From NCBI GenBank assembly GCA_038496445.1, contig JALMLS010000271.1, positions 124,001 to 188,000 on the forward strand: a stretch of DNA of 64,000 nt. The letters run 5' to 3'. Positions within the stretch are counted from its first letter, which is position 1. Each line of letters opens with the position of its first letter. Under the pieces are notes generated by a model. That model was not told the DNA's origin. It did no database searches and saw only the letters and a list, made by a program, of their open reading frames with translations. The stretch comes from Trichosphaerium sp. ATCC 40318. Its lineage: Eukaryota; Protista; Tubulinea. The position numbers were made by a program, and so were the translations under genes. Below are positions 40,364 to 55,113 of this stretch, one piece after another.

Positions 40364-42304
40364 ATGAACTACACAACTTTCATTATTGCGTTTCTGTCTT
40401 TATTTATCGCATATTCACTCTCACAAGATAGTAATGCGTTTATTACCACTATAGCACGTACTATTGGGTTCGAAATACGACGCATAGATGATCCAACGAA
40501 CGTTGTACAAAGTACTGTGTCTTCACAACAATAACTGTTCTAACGAATTTAGCATGTGACGGTCCTGATATTGGTGTACCAATTTCACTGTCTTATTTAC
40601 CGTCGACACATACAGTATTTGCAAAAGTCGATAGTAGACTATTACAAGTAGATCCACGCACGTGTGAAGTAAAGGTACAAACGAAACAATTCTGATTTAA
40701 GCGAGACATACCCGCCTTAATACCAAAAAGTTAATTATTTATGATAGCATTCCTGTTTTCTGAGCACTTCTTTTCGGGCCATTGCCATTGACAAGACTAC
40801 ACAAATATTATATGGGTATACAAGCAGTGGGTCTATTGTTCAGATAGATACGACAGATTGTTCAATTTGTCATTTTTGTGAAGTAGATGTTTTCCCTGGA
40901 TCAGGTGCTGGGAGTGCGTTGTGGAAAGAAGTGTATATTGTTGCTTCTAACTTGAGTATTTAGTTGAGATAGTTGGAGATAATTTATACGTTTCTGGCTC
41001 CCGAGACGGAACAATCGCTATAGTACCCTTAACAGGACCTTCATCTTGTGTGGTGTCTCAAAGAGTGAGCTTTCCACCAGGATCTATAGTCAGTGGAGGT
41101 ACTTGTCTTTTTTGTTTTCTAATGTTTTGAATACTCTTCAATGATTGATGGTACTCTAGAATTGACAGCAATCTCAGATAATGAAATCATTATCAGTACT
41201 TTTTTCAATTATTTTTCTCTGGACATTTCTTCATCTACGATTACTGCGATTACAACATCATTACCCCTATTTTTTGCCGGCTTTTCTTCTTTGGTTTTTG
41301 AAGGAACATTGCCTCCTCCAGATGACACAACAATGCCTCCTACAACAATCATACCAACACCTCCTCCAACAATAGCTCCTCAAGGTGGTGTGATTGACGT
41401 TCTAATCGCATCAAAGGGAGAAGGGGTAATAGGATTTGACTACAGACTACTGTCAAACACAGATGAAATTGTTGGGTGTACGACTAATGTTATACTTGCT
41501 AATCTTTGCTAATAGTCTATTTATAGCTTGTGATAATCCAGAACTGGGTAGCTACGCAATTGCTTTGGAGTATAGTGCTGTACTTGATAGAGTACTATAC
41601 ATTAACTTAAACAGAAGAATATTCTCAATCAATCCTTACACATGTCAGATTGTACGATAAAGACATGTTTAACATAAAACATCACATACTATTAGGATAA
41701 AACTTGTATTGTTACTGCTTTCTCTTTTGGATTGATGGTAGATAAAGAGACAGGAAAGATATACGGAGAGAGTACAGGACCACTGGTTTATGAAATAGAT
41801 TTAGAAAACTGTAAATTAACACCTCATTGTGGTGACCAAACAACATCAGCTGCATCAGGCATGTTAAATAACCATTGTGTCACGTGACTTACATAAAACA
41901 GGTGAAATAGTAGACGGTGTTCTTTACTCTGCTCAACGTACACTTACAGCTGCACCAAACTTTCGATCTGGATCATGTACGCCACAACAAACTATAACTG
42001 CTCTAGATGGATGTGACATTAGAGGTAAGCTTTTTTTTTGCAAAAGTGCTATTACCTAACCTGCTAATTACCTTGTTAATTAGGTTTAACGTCAATATCA
42101 ACAAGCACTTTGGTTGCTTCTTGTAGTGATAGAAGATATATTTCAATTGATATTGCAACTTTTGATGTTACAGTGTTGGCAACAAATTTACCTTTAAGCG
42201 AAGGTATATCTGCATTTAATTTCAACCCACCTCCTCCACCAGTAGTACCAGCATTTTTTGATAGAGAGCGTTGTTTCAGACGATTGTCAGAAGAAATAAT
42301 GTAA
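40364..42304 (+). CDS. Secreted protein with two homologous beta-rich (propeller-like) domains and Pro/Thr linkers
   Basis: Signal MNYTTFIIAFLSLFIAYSLS. Internal duplication (CDGPDIG...LLQVDPRTCEV / CDNPELG...IFSINPYTCQI; EIVGDNLYVS / EIVDGVLYSA). Linker PPPDDTTMPPTTIIPTPPPT. Confidence 0.7.
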
Positions 42305-42723
42305 ACACACGAGAGCTGTTAATAAAAGTTTAAACTTCTTAATGCTGACTTTTTGGTCAATCGTGTTTTCTACCATGTACATTTTCATTTAAAACTGGGA
42401 CATTTTTATTTGGGCTAAGAACTTTTGTATTGAATACCTTACACCATAACTACAAATGCTAGCTGAAAAGAAAAGTTTGGACAAGATCATAAAATTATGA
42501 GTTTTCTGGGACGATTTTGTCGGCAACGTCCCTGTAAAAACAGCCTATTACCATTTCTTAGTACAACAAAAGGGCTTAGGTGATTGTAGGTGCCTATAAA
42601 ACTCAAAATTTTATGCTTTAAATGAACCCGACATACAATGATTTATTTAACAAGTTTTGGGTGTCTTTACGTTGAAACAATTGTTCAAGTTTTTACAAAT
42701 GGGAAAGGAGAAGTTCAACTAAC

Positions 42724-43093
42724 TTATTTCCATGTTCGTGTGTATAAATGTGGATCGTGATACAAGACAACAGCTTGAGAGCTTAAAAAACTAGCCCAAA
42801 AACTAATAAGACACTGTTTTAACTTCGGGTGGATATAAATATATATCCATGTTGTAGATTTATCAAAGTGAGCTCCCTTGGAGCTTTCGTCAATTTTTGA
42901 AATTACTTCTTTGGAACTTCCTTCAATGAGCCCCAAACCGCCTTCATTAGTCTTACCATCCATTTTCCATCGTCTGATATTACGTACGCGATGGCGTAGA
43001 GCAATTTGGGCAATTCTTGATGTATTTCCTGTGTTAGCGACTCCTGTTAGTCGAAACACGTTGGTTATGATGGAGAAGTAACGTACGTAGCAT
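42724..43093 (-). CDS. Small hypothetical protein or gene remnant
   Basis: ATG CTA C|GTACGT...CTAACAG|GA forms a good intron, giving an Arg-rich N-terminus MLRVANTGNTSRIAQIALRHRVR. No domain recognised. Confidence 0.35.
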
Positions 43094-43348
43094 TTGTGTT
43101 ATATAAAGTTGTCTGAGTTTAATTGACTGAAAAAGACTGAGTTCAGCTTCAGTGAATGTACTACTACTAGTGTTCTATCTTTGTGCCAGTTGTATCTACA
43201 AAGACTAGTTACAAAACAAGTCCGTTATTAGGAAGACCTTAATACAAAGAACATTTAAAACCAGGTACATATTCGACATGGAACTGTAAGATGATGAACA
43301 ACTTTTTATTTTGACTTAAGTTGTTGGTTTTTTTTTTCTTGTTCACAT

Positions 43349-46300
43349 TTATATCTTGTCTTCTTTCACCTCATCATCGCTGCTATTATTATCATGTTTT
43401 ACTTTACTACGTTTACGAAAAGGAGATTTCTTTCCTTCGCTGGAAGCTTTTGGCTTCTTTTTCTTGCTTCGTTTTTGAGTTACAGGCGTTTTGTCAGAAC
43501 GTCCTTTTTTACTACTTGTACTGCTATTGCTTTTTTTAAGCTCTTCAATAGGAACATCATCATCACTGCTCTTATTCGTTTTATCCAATACAGTAACCTT
43601 GCATTCGTTGTATGTTACAGCATGGTTAAGCTTCTTTTGGACTTTAAACCAAGACTAACTCTGTAAGACAATAACAAAGGAAAAAAAATTTGAAAGGAAA
43701 AAAAATTAAAGTGAAGAACGTACCTCTCTTACAGTAAATGAATACTTGCCATACCAAGATTTTTCAAAGCTTATAGTAACAGATTCATCTTGTGATACAA
43801 ATCCCTCTATAAAGTAGATTTTGAGGATAGGAGATCGCTGTAATTCAGAGAAAAATAAGTGGTTTTTTATTGAAAATCGTGCCTTTATTAATGCTCGCAT
43901 AGGACACCCAACCGCTTATATTGAGGAAAGCAGTTAACTTAAATGTTGCAACATCGCCTGGATTAATAATTGTAGAAGGTGCTTCAGAGAGCCAGTTTCC
44001 TTGAAACAAACAAGTCAGCCTTTGAAGAAAAAAAATCAAACAATCTTCACTTTGTGTTATTTTACCTTTTTGAAGTTGCCAGTTGATACGCTTCAATACC
44101 TTTGTACTCTTATTCTCAATTTTGATCTCAATGTATCTACGGACACGTCTTATTTCTTTTGTTTCATCTAATTGTTCTTCTCGATCTATACACATGATGT
44201 TACGTCTCCAACAACCCAACAATTTCTTTATCCAAACTAAAAAATACGTACCAGTTTTGTATCGTCTAACTTCTGTGTGAATGGCATCTATTGCTCTTGA
44301 AACACCTTTTTGTTTGGCTATTTGAGTTGCTATCATTGTTAATTAGTTACACTTGGAGGACAGATTCCAAATAGCCAAAAATGAACTAAAACTGTTTTGG
44401 TTTTTTATGTACCAAACGATGCACATCTTGCAGCCATTTCCTTGTTGCCAACAAGCTTCATAATAGATTCTTTAAACCTCTTTGCATTCACACGTTTAAT
44501 AGGAAGTGGAGATATACCCAAGCCCATCTTATAGACCTAAAAACAGCTTTAAGATGCGAATCCATCAAAAAAAGTTTAATAATTCCGTACACGGCTTCCC
44601 CAAAACATTTGGTCTCCAAAGAAAGGAACAACCATTGTTGGTACACCAGCTCTGTTAAAAAATTAGTACAGGTGCTTTAAGTCAATTTATAAGGTGGGTA
44701 TATACCTAAGACCTGCTGCTACAGTACCAGCGCCGCCATGGTGAACAACACCGGCCATTTGAGGGAATAGCCAGTCATGAGGTACACGTTCAAGCAAGAA
44801 AACATTATCAGGTTTTTTAATACCTTCACCAATACCACCCCATCCTAAGAAGAGTTAGTTACTAAGAGGTAGCTGTTCAACATTGATTTGACAAACAAAA
44901 TTTCCGGAAACTTTTGAGAAAAAAAAAAGTAAACGTTTTTTGGGGTTTTTTTTTACCTTGTATCATAACAGCTCGTTGTCCACTTTCTTCCAAAGCAGTA
45001 TAAATAGCGTTGGTAAGTCCATCAGGATCACCTACTGTGATAGAACCGAATCCAATGTAAATAGGTTTTGGTTTTTTAGAAATAAACTCAACAAGCTTTG
45101 GATCAGGTTTCCATGTGCTGTAATATATTTAGTTGACTTTAAAGTACTGTTTTAACATACCTCGGACTATCCAAGAAAAAATAACCACAAACGTGAATAT
45201 GTGGACCCCAATCACTCGGTTTTGGAACTGTGTTAAAAAGTAAGAATAAAACAGGAATTGGGGGGTTTTCAAAGCCTGGGCGAAACGTACCTATAAGAGG
45301 ACTGAAGCAGTACACAAATGGTACTTTACGATCATGTGCAAGACTAGATCCACCGAATCTGATCTCAGGTAAATCAATTGCTTTACGGAATTTATTAATC
45401 TTAGTGCGAAGAGGCTAAAGAAAAAAACCAAAAAAGTCAGTATCTTGAAGCTCCTACGTTTTGTGTTTTTCAAGTTAGTACCTGCCACATCCCTTGTTCT
45501 TCAATGAGTAAATGAGAGGAATAATTGTAAGCTGGGTTATCAAGGTTTTCAACATACCCAAAGGCCTACAAAAGTAAAGTAAATCAAAAGCAATTTCGGA
45601 GGTTTTTTAAAGAGGTTATCAACACTTACATTAGGATATGCCCTAGTACGACTCCAAGGCATAGTAAAGGAGTTGATGATAGGTATCTAAACCAAAAATT
45701 AGAAATATTGCAGAGAACAACAGCAGGACGTCTGTGAAAAGACGAAAAAACCAGAAAAAACCTGAAACTGAATGAGGCTATAACACTTACCTGAAGGCGT
45801 TCTGCAATATGAACACCAGCGAATGCAGGTGGATTTTGTATGATTAAATCACAATCCTCTTTGCATGCATCCCAACAAGACATGCAGAGATCATAGATAA
45901 ACTGTAAATATCTAGGTAAATCCTTTTTCACAAAGTCTAGACTGATGACACTAGTATTCACCATAAAATCCATTAAATCTCTTGGATCACCTATAAAATA
46001 ATAAACCATAAGATGAGGGTTTACCAAACAAAGTTTCAAGAATATAGGGTGAAGATAGAAAAACATACCAGCTAAAAGTTCAAAATCGACTTTCCATTTT
46101 TTACAGAAATCTCTATGTGCTTCATGTGTCACAATAGTCACTTTATGACCTACGTAGAATACCTGTATTAGCAAGGAATACTATACGAAACTTTAAAAAG
46201 AGTATCAACACTTACCATGGTCAATCATCTGCAAGGCTAATGCGACATAAGGTTGAACATCGCCTCTACTTCCGACAAGAAGAATTTTCACCTTCATCGA

Positions 46301-48441
46301 TGGCATTGCGCTTAAAGCAGTTGTTGAAGTCACAACATCATCAATACCTCGCATAGAGTCCATTTCATCTCCTATAACATGATTAGCAAGGATATTCTGG
46401 AATATAACAAAGAGTAATTGAGGGAGCACTGTTTACCTTCTTTGAACTGACCAACACGTTCCTTAATTTTTTTATACGCAGAATCACGTGCTAAAAATCG
46501 ACCGAACTCAAACCTTGATTTATCTTCTAATGTAATATTTACCCCGAACACTTTACCCTTCTTAAGTGTTTTAACATCAGAATACTTGATTTCGACCTAC
46601 AACCATAGATTGTTAGCGCAAGTCAAAAAACAATTAAAAAAAAGTCAAGAACAAACCTTCTGTTCAGACCATCCAACAACAAGGATTTTGCTCGACTTAA
46701 ATAGGAGATAACGTTCTGTTATATACAAAGTTCCTGGTGTAGATTGGAAAATACCATTTGATAGGTTACAGACATATTCTAACAACAAAGAAGTATCAGT
46801 ATAGATCAAAACACGTTAGCGGGAAAAAAAAAAAAGTTTTGCATTTCTGCGTACTTCCAAGTACTCGTAGCTCGCTATCTGCTAGATGAGGAAACGCTTT
46901 TGTTAAAGCACGGAAGTTGTGTCCATTTCCAGACTTAACCTTGAGAATAGGAGCATCCTTTTGGAATGTTAAAAAACAGAAATTTCTTTTTTTCGTACCC
47001 CAGCTTTGCTAGTATCGTGATCATCTAATACTTGTTGTAGCTCTTTTAACGTTGCTGGAGCATCTTGAAACCCAGAATATGTCGTCTAAATACAATACAA
47101 TGAGTATTCTTGTAATAACATAAAAATCACGTGGGTACAGTTTCTTTATCATGAGATGTGACTAAAATGACATCTGCAAGTACACCACTATCAATACAAT
47201 GAACAGATTCGATTTTACTGAGTGTAGTATGAACCTAAGATGAAATGAGATGAAGACTGACATTATTTATAAACAAACTTCATTGTACGCACCCTAAATG
47301 AGTCGGCACTATTTGAGTTTGCTTTTTGTTGTAATACTTTATCTATTGCACTAATCCATTCTCCTGTAAGCTTATGTGAAGAAGTGCAAGCATAATTAGG
47401 ACCCCTTGAAGTTACAACTTGCAAAGAGTGATTATGCATTGTAAATTCCTTCTTTGCACGTGCAATAGAATGAACATCTGATAATGACATTGTTACCTTA
47501 GGTTTATGCAAAGACTTGGGGAGGTAAATAAGTACAAGTGTTGGAGGAAGCAATAAACAGAAAACAGTTTTTTTTCAGGTAATCGAAGTGTGAACTCTTT
47601 TTTTTTTTTTTTTTGTGTATCACAAAAATGGCATCACGCACTTTATTGTTTGCATAGCAACGGACAGCATCTTCTGTTAATACTGCATAATAGTTCTTCC
47701 ATGACCCCTTTTTTGTACCACCAATACATAACTCCATATATCCTTCCATTAAAACACCAAGCTTTAAAATTAAATAGGTAAGTAAGTCCAACATGGTTTG
47801 TCCGGAATGCGAGAAAAAATCAGACAAAAAAAAAACATGCGGAGAAATTTGGGTGTCTGTTTACCTTTAGATCCATGAAATCTGGTGTAACGAAGCATAA
47901 ACGATGGTTTGTTACTACTAAATACCTAAATGTACTGTCAGGGCAGGTCAGACGCAAAATAAATAAAAACTAGTTCCAAAGTGCGTTAAAAAGACTCTAC
48001 CCATTGTTTGATTGCGTATTGGACGTTAAACAGCAAGGATAGTCTAAAAAAATGACGTTAACGCAAATAATGGTAAAAAAGCCATGATGGTTGGCGTTAA
48101 GGTAAAACGAGTATTGGGGGCTGTATCATAAGGTCAGAAAGACGATTTAGAAACCTAAAAGTGAAATAGAATACAAATGGCTCGTTTCGGGTACAAGTTT
48201 GCCCCTGTATGCTGCAAGCCATATTACCGCGATTGGCGCACCTTTGATGAACGTTTCTGTTGTAGGCATACCAAATACTGCCCTTATTTGAGATTCACGC
48301 TCTGGGTTACCCGTAATAGTGGCGTCATCATTTATTATGCCAGAATCCTTTAAATCATGATAAATAAAACTGGCACGCTTTTGAAGGTTGCTCACTGCGC
48401 TGACAGTTAGGACGAAAACTATACGAGTACAACGTACACAT
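43349..48441 (-). CDS. ATG26: Sterol 3-beta-glucosyltransferase (GRAM/PH/GRAM + GT-B domain) with extra C-terminal aegerolysin-like domain and K/S-rich tail
   Basis: GSRGDVQPYVALA, QNPPAFAGVHIAE, PIYIGFGS, VPHDWLFP, HHGGAGT, VPFFGDQMFWG. N-terminal PH (EGYM...WKNYYAVL) and GRAM (GTLYITERYLLFKS). Confidence 0.9.
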
Positions 48442-48661
48442 TACAGCCAAGTGGAGCAATGTACAAAACTAAAATTTAAAAATTGAAATTCGTTGACTTT
48501 TTTTGTTTGGACTTCATTGACTTCAGAGCTTTAAAGATAGTCGCTCAACGCGGTTCTTGATACCACAGATATTGCCAGGCGTTAGTCGAGATTCATTCAA
48601 CAACTCGATATTGCTTGCGACGTGCGAGGCATTCAAATGCTTATTTTTCTTACTCTAACAG

Positions 48662-49877
<1,216 letters not shown>

Positions 49878-49978
49878 AAAAATAGATTCACTAGAATAAA
49901 AAAACATGTTGCCTACAATCCTTGTGTTTTGCCATCAAGACTTATGGAACAAAAAGATCTCAATTTTCGAGAATAATC

Positions 49979-50810
49979 TAACTACTATCTCTGACACGTG
50001 ATTTTAGTCCACACAATGATCGTGTTCCATGTAATGTTACACCTTTATCGTCAAGTGCACTTAGGGCTTCATCTGTGATGTTTCTGCGACCAGTCATAAC
50101 AACGTGTTTATACCAGAAAGAGGAACAACCCAATCATTCGTTGCTTTTGTAAACGATATATTGATAGTATGAGCGCTTTACAGGCTTTTCATACATGTCC
50201 CAGAGATACCTTTACAGTGTGAAAGATCAATTGAGTGTACACCAGCTAGTGCTATAACACCGATGCATGACTTAAATAAAAAGTATGTACACCTGCCAAT
50301 GCTGAAATTCCTTTGTCTGTCACTGATGTGTCACTTATATTAATGGTATGTACACCAGCTAATGCCGCTGTTTGTCCTGTATCAGTAATATTGATTTTGA
50401 GAACAGTGCTGACACATCCTTATCAGTGATGAACAGGCACAATCTTAATGAAATTGTATGAACTCCAGATAGTACATACAATTCATCATTGGTTATTTCG
50501 GTATTAAATGGTACCTACAACTAAGTGCACATAGACCAAGATAGATAGAATGACAAAAGTTGTCGTAATTTGTAACAAGGATGCAGGCCAGACAAATTAA
50601 TTGTGTTGCACTCACTTACCACCTTCTCTTTAGTGAGCCCGGTAATGTCAGTTGATGATACACACCGCTATGTTATTCATGTGATGATTGAATCCGTTGA
50701 CGCATGTCCTGTAATCCAGTGTACGCTGTCACTTTCTGTTGCCACCAGGCTAACATTGCTGTTTTCTTTAGTATAATATCCACCACTTCACAGGAATCAA
50801 CTTGTTTCAA
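49979..50810 (-). pseudogene. Heavily decayed F-box-like plus LRR ('ALAGVHTI') gene
   Basis: Reverse strand reads AALAGVHTINISDTSVTDKGISALAGVHT and ALAGVHSIDLSHCKGI...SL*SAHTINIS...NITDEALSAL, with an in-frame stop and multiple frameshifts. Confidence 0.75.
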
Positions 50811-51045
50811 GAAGTACGGTCGCTAGGACAATACAAGAAGTAACAGATTAATAAAGTGTTACCCCAAAAGTTGTTTTGCTTCTGTTTTCATAAAGAACAT
50901 GCCAAAACAAGCAACACTATTTTTTCTTTACAGGGTATTCCTGGGGTCAGCCAACAGAAATGGCAAGTTTTCTTTAACCATACTCAAATCACATGAAGCG
51001 CAGTTGTCAACAAATAAATTTGACATACACGTGTTGAATAAAAAT

Positions 51046-53285
51046 TTATTGTTTTGGTTTTTCTTCTTTTTTCTCTTCTTTTTTCCCTTCTCCTTCACCT
51101 TCACCTTCTTCTTTAGGCTTAGGTGCGTACTTTTCTAGTTCAACAGGCTCTCTTAGAAAGTCAGGTTTAGCAGTAAAGACATTGAAAGGTGCACAAAAAT
51201 CGAAACCAGGAGCTGGACCAGGTGTAGAGTAATTAGCAATTGAAAAAGCTTGATAGAAATCTCCCATTTCTGATTTTTTTATAAGCCTATCAATAGATGC
51301 TATAATTTTTCTCGCTTGTGTCTCGTTTTTACAAGTTGAGAATATCCTACTTAAACGAACATCTAATCCCATATTACGTAGGAAATCACCTTGTCCTATT
51401 GGACCATACATATTGACCTTGCTGAACGTCTTGTGTTTTCCTAGAAAAAATATTTTAAAAAAAAGAGGAAAAAAATGAGAAAAGTTTGGCTTGTACCTTT
51501 TGGATCTTGTACACCAAGTGAAGCTCTTTTCAATGCTGAAAAATCTACAGCAGCAGATATATCTACCTCTCCAGGCTCTGATAGGACATGAACAAATTTG
51601 TGTCCTTTGATTCCTTGTAAGGATTGAGACGATGGCTTATCAAATCCATAATCAACAATCAATGCAGCACCACCGCGTTCATTGATGCGTCCAGCCAAGT
51701 CCTGGACTGTTGCAAGACCTTCTACACATATTTCTATAGCATCCCCTCTTTAGGTTCTTTAATACCAGTGAGGTACAACAAAGAAGGTAAAGCAAACGCT
51801 TGACCTTCGTGCTAATAAAAATAAGTCAAAACGAACTAAGACTGATTTTTGTTTTTGGTTACCATAACAAATCTAAAATGAGGTCCATTCTCATCTGGAT
51901 CAACATCTACTAACGTTTCAAGCCATTTACCTCTCGAGAACTAGAAATTATTAAAAAAAAATATGACCAGTCACCAGTTAATTGACGTCGAACACAAACT
52001 TGTTTTCAACAAAAAAACAAAAAAAAAAAAAGTTCATCGCCGTACTTCATAGCGTCTAACTGGAATAGCATCAAAATACTCATGTGCAACACATAGTATT
52101 TGTTTATCCTTTGGTACAGTACCAAGCTCCCAATGCCATTCTATATTATATCCATCAGCAGACTTGGATTTATAGTTCTCTTTCATTGCTTCCTAAACAC
52201 TTTTTTTTAGAAAATCGCTTACTATTAAATACAGAAACTAGTACTTTTTCTTTTGGATCTGGGAATGGTGCACGAAGAGCATTAGCTTGTAAGCTTCTCA
52301 TAACAGGACTGACTTCAACCATATGGACTGTAATTGCGCCTTTCATCAACGGATTTAATTGAAAGCATGTCTTTAACATGCGCTCCATCAATGTTCCTTT
52401 ACCAGGCCCAAGTTCGACTAAATTCACTTGTGGTTGTCCTATATTCATTCCATATAAGCGATTGTTGAATATACAAATGATATTTCACCCAAGTCAAGCG
52501 AACAATGGACGTCAATGATGAAACGGTTTTTTTTTCGAAAAATTTTGAAAAAATGAAACAAATAATTGTACTGCTTACCCATCAGTTCCCATGACCTACA
52601 CACCCAAACAGCTAGTAGCTATAGTTTAGTTAGATATTATAAGGTATATTGAAGGCAATTTAGGTTTTTTGAGGCGAGTTAGGGGCCGTACTTCGTTGAA
52701 AACCTGAGAGATTTCAACCGATGTCACGAAATCTCCTTTACGTCCTAAAACATTGCTTTTCATATAATAACCGTATTTAGGCATAGTGAGGGCTTGTCTC
52801 CAGAAGGTAGCGATTGAAATTGGTCCGCGTAGCTGTTTTGATGAAACAATTAATTATAAAACACGCGAGACATGCCTTTGTACCTGTATAAGATCAATTA
52901 TAGCCTTTTCAAGAGGTCCTGCTGATTTTGCGATTTGTTCAATTTTTTTCGCGTGAGCTTCACTACAATTAGTGCTAAATACTGTATACTATGCGTACCT
53001 TCGTTTGGTTTATATAATTTGGTTGTATCTATTCTAATACCCTCTGGCTCTTTTCTGACATTGCTTTTATCGCAGTAAGCCTAATACATCATTATATAAG
53101 CACTATTAGTATCTTTAAAGAAAATGTGTCTAACCCTTCGGCATTGAAAGCGTTTTACTTTGCTTCTCGTTACTCTTCCAGGTCGCACAGATCTGTGCAG
53201 ACCCGGTGTCAGCAAGCGTGTGAACATTTAGCGTTAATGCCAAAAATGTTGTACTCAGCGGCAGTAAACGCGTGGTCAATATCAT
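51046..53285 (-). CDS. NDUFAF7: NDUFAF7/MidA arginine methyltransferase (complex I assembly)
   Basis: GYYMKSNVLGRKGDFVTSVEISQVF, LVELGPGKGTLM, AHEYFDAIPV, ALIVDYG, PGEVDISAAVDF, GPIGQGDFL. Start approximate. One apparent 1-nt indel at about 51745. Confidence 0.92.
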
Positions 53286-53394
53286 ATTTGTGACACTGCA
53301 AACACCACGTTTGGTATCATAAGCAAAAGGCACGATTTGCTGAGGAAAAGTCTGTGATTGTAAATAAAACTGCAATTCGCTTCAGCTTTGAGGT

Positions 53395-54714
53395 ATGGGT
53401 CACATTGATGGGTGGCAAGTGTTTGCAGATATACTAGGGTGGGGTTATTTCGCTTGTTGGTCAATTTCGTTTTATCCACAAGTATGGCAAATGTATCGCC
53501 GTAAAAGGTACGTTTCTAAGCGTTTTAACGCCTACAAATACATTTAGAAGGTTCGTAGACCTAACTTGTTTAAATTAGCGTCCAAGGCTTCAGTTTTGAT
53601 TATTTATCCTTTAACTTGCAAGGTAAAGTGACATTAACTACTTTATAGCCAATTTGCTTAAATTTTTGTATTTTTACGAAACAGAATTTTTTATCTAAAC
53701 TCAAATGTTTAGGCTACATTGCATACTCCATCTTCAATATTGTACTCTTTACAAGCACTTATTTTAGAAGTGAGTATTTAAGAATAAATCACACAGATCA
53801 TATACCTGTGCAGGCACGTGGACTTTGTTTTTCTTTGAAATTCAAAAAAAATTTTGAGTGGTTTTTTTTTTGACATGACGTTAGATTAATGATGTTGTCT
53901 TTGCTGTACATGGTGTAGTCCTCAATCTTGTTTACTTGGCTCAAGTTATATTTTATGAGAGAGGAAAACAGAAACTCTCTTTATCAATGTGGATCATCAG
54001 CGGACTTCTTTGGTTTGCTGTTCTAGTAGTGGGCACGTTTGCAAATAAATTTTTTTAGTAATTTAAAAAACAACATACTGACTGTACTTGTAGTTGTCAT
54101 TTGTGCTGGATGGGTACTGCCTTGGTTATGGGCAATACAAGCACTTGGATATGTAAAGATGGTGATAACAATTGTTAAATACGCACCACAGGTAAACATT
54201 TTTATATTTTCTTTTTGGTATCCAAATCAAACGTCACACAATCATTTTTTTACTCCACGTGACAATTTATTAATTCTTTTTCTAAATAGGCTTATTTGAA
54301 TTTTGTACGTAAATCAACAGTTGGATGGTCAATTACTGCTGTATTTCTTGACATATCAGGAGGAACACTATCATTCCTTCAAATGTTTGTTCTAGCTATT
54401 CACAAAAGTACTTAGACTCCTTTTTAAGTCGCTAAACTTTATTTATTAACCTCACACTTATTATAGACGACTGGAGCGCATTTGAAGGCGGTAATATAGG
54501 CAAGCTAGGGCTTGCACTTGTCAGTATCTTCTTCGATATCATCTTTTTTGTACAACACTATGTACTATTCAGACAACCACCAAAGGATATGGCGTTTGCG
54601 CCAATAGAAACTTCGGATGAGGAAGATAGGACAAATTACCCTCCAGATGATGACATGAAACGTATTGTCGCTGTTAATGGAGCATCAAGCCAAGGATCAA
54701 TAACCCCATACTGA
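53395..54714 (+). CDS. CTNS: Cystinosin/ERS1-like PQ-loop transporter without lumenal N-domain
   Basis: [64 protein letters not shown]...[13 protein letters not shown]. Confidence 0.93.
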
Positions 54715-55113
54715 CGTATGCCTCAACGCGTAAAATCGTATTTTTTGCGTAGTGTACGCAATCGTGTATTCATTAATTATAATGATGATAATATAAAAAC
54801 TACGGCAGTATACTGCCTCAGAGGGAGTTTATCGCTGTATTAGCGTTAAAAAAAACTGTCTTTTCGCTTTACACTATTATACTAGTAGCACAATAAGCGT
54901 GCAATACCGCGTGCTAAGGGTGAGTTATAGTTCAATGATCGTTAGCCAAAAACAAGCGAGTCAGAGCGATTCTCGTCGAAAAAAGGTTTTACTCGCGTAA
55001 AGCACACATTTTCACGTCCATTTTTGCACTGATCAATAACACAGCCAACTAAATAGTGCCACATCACATACAACACTTTATTTTTCTATCAAAAAAAAAG
55101 TACACCGCCCAAA

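Noticed and set aside
51740-51750. Apparent frameshift in NDUFAF7 (KEPKEG/DAIEICVEG), possible programmed frameshift or pseudogene
   Set aside because: One extra base in the C4 run restores the frame of an otherwise intact conserved gene, so a homopolymer sequencing error is most likely. This also weakens single-indel pseudogene calls elsewhere.
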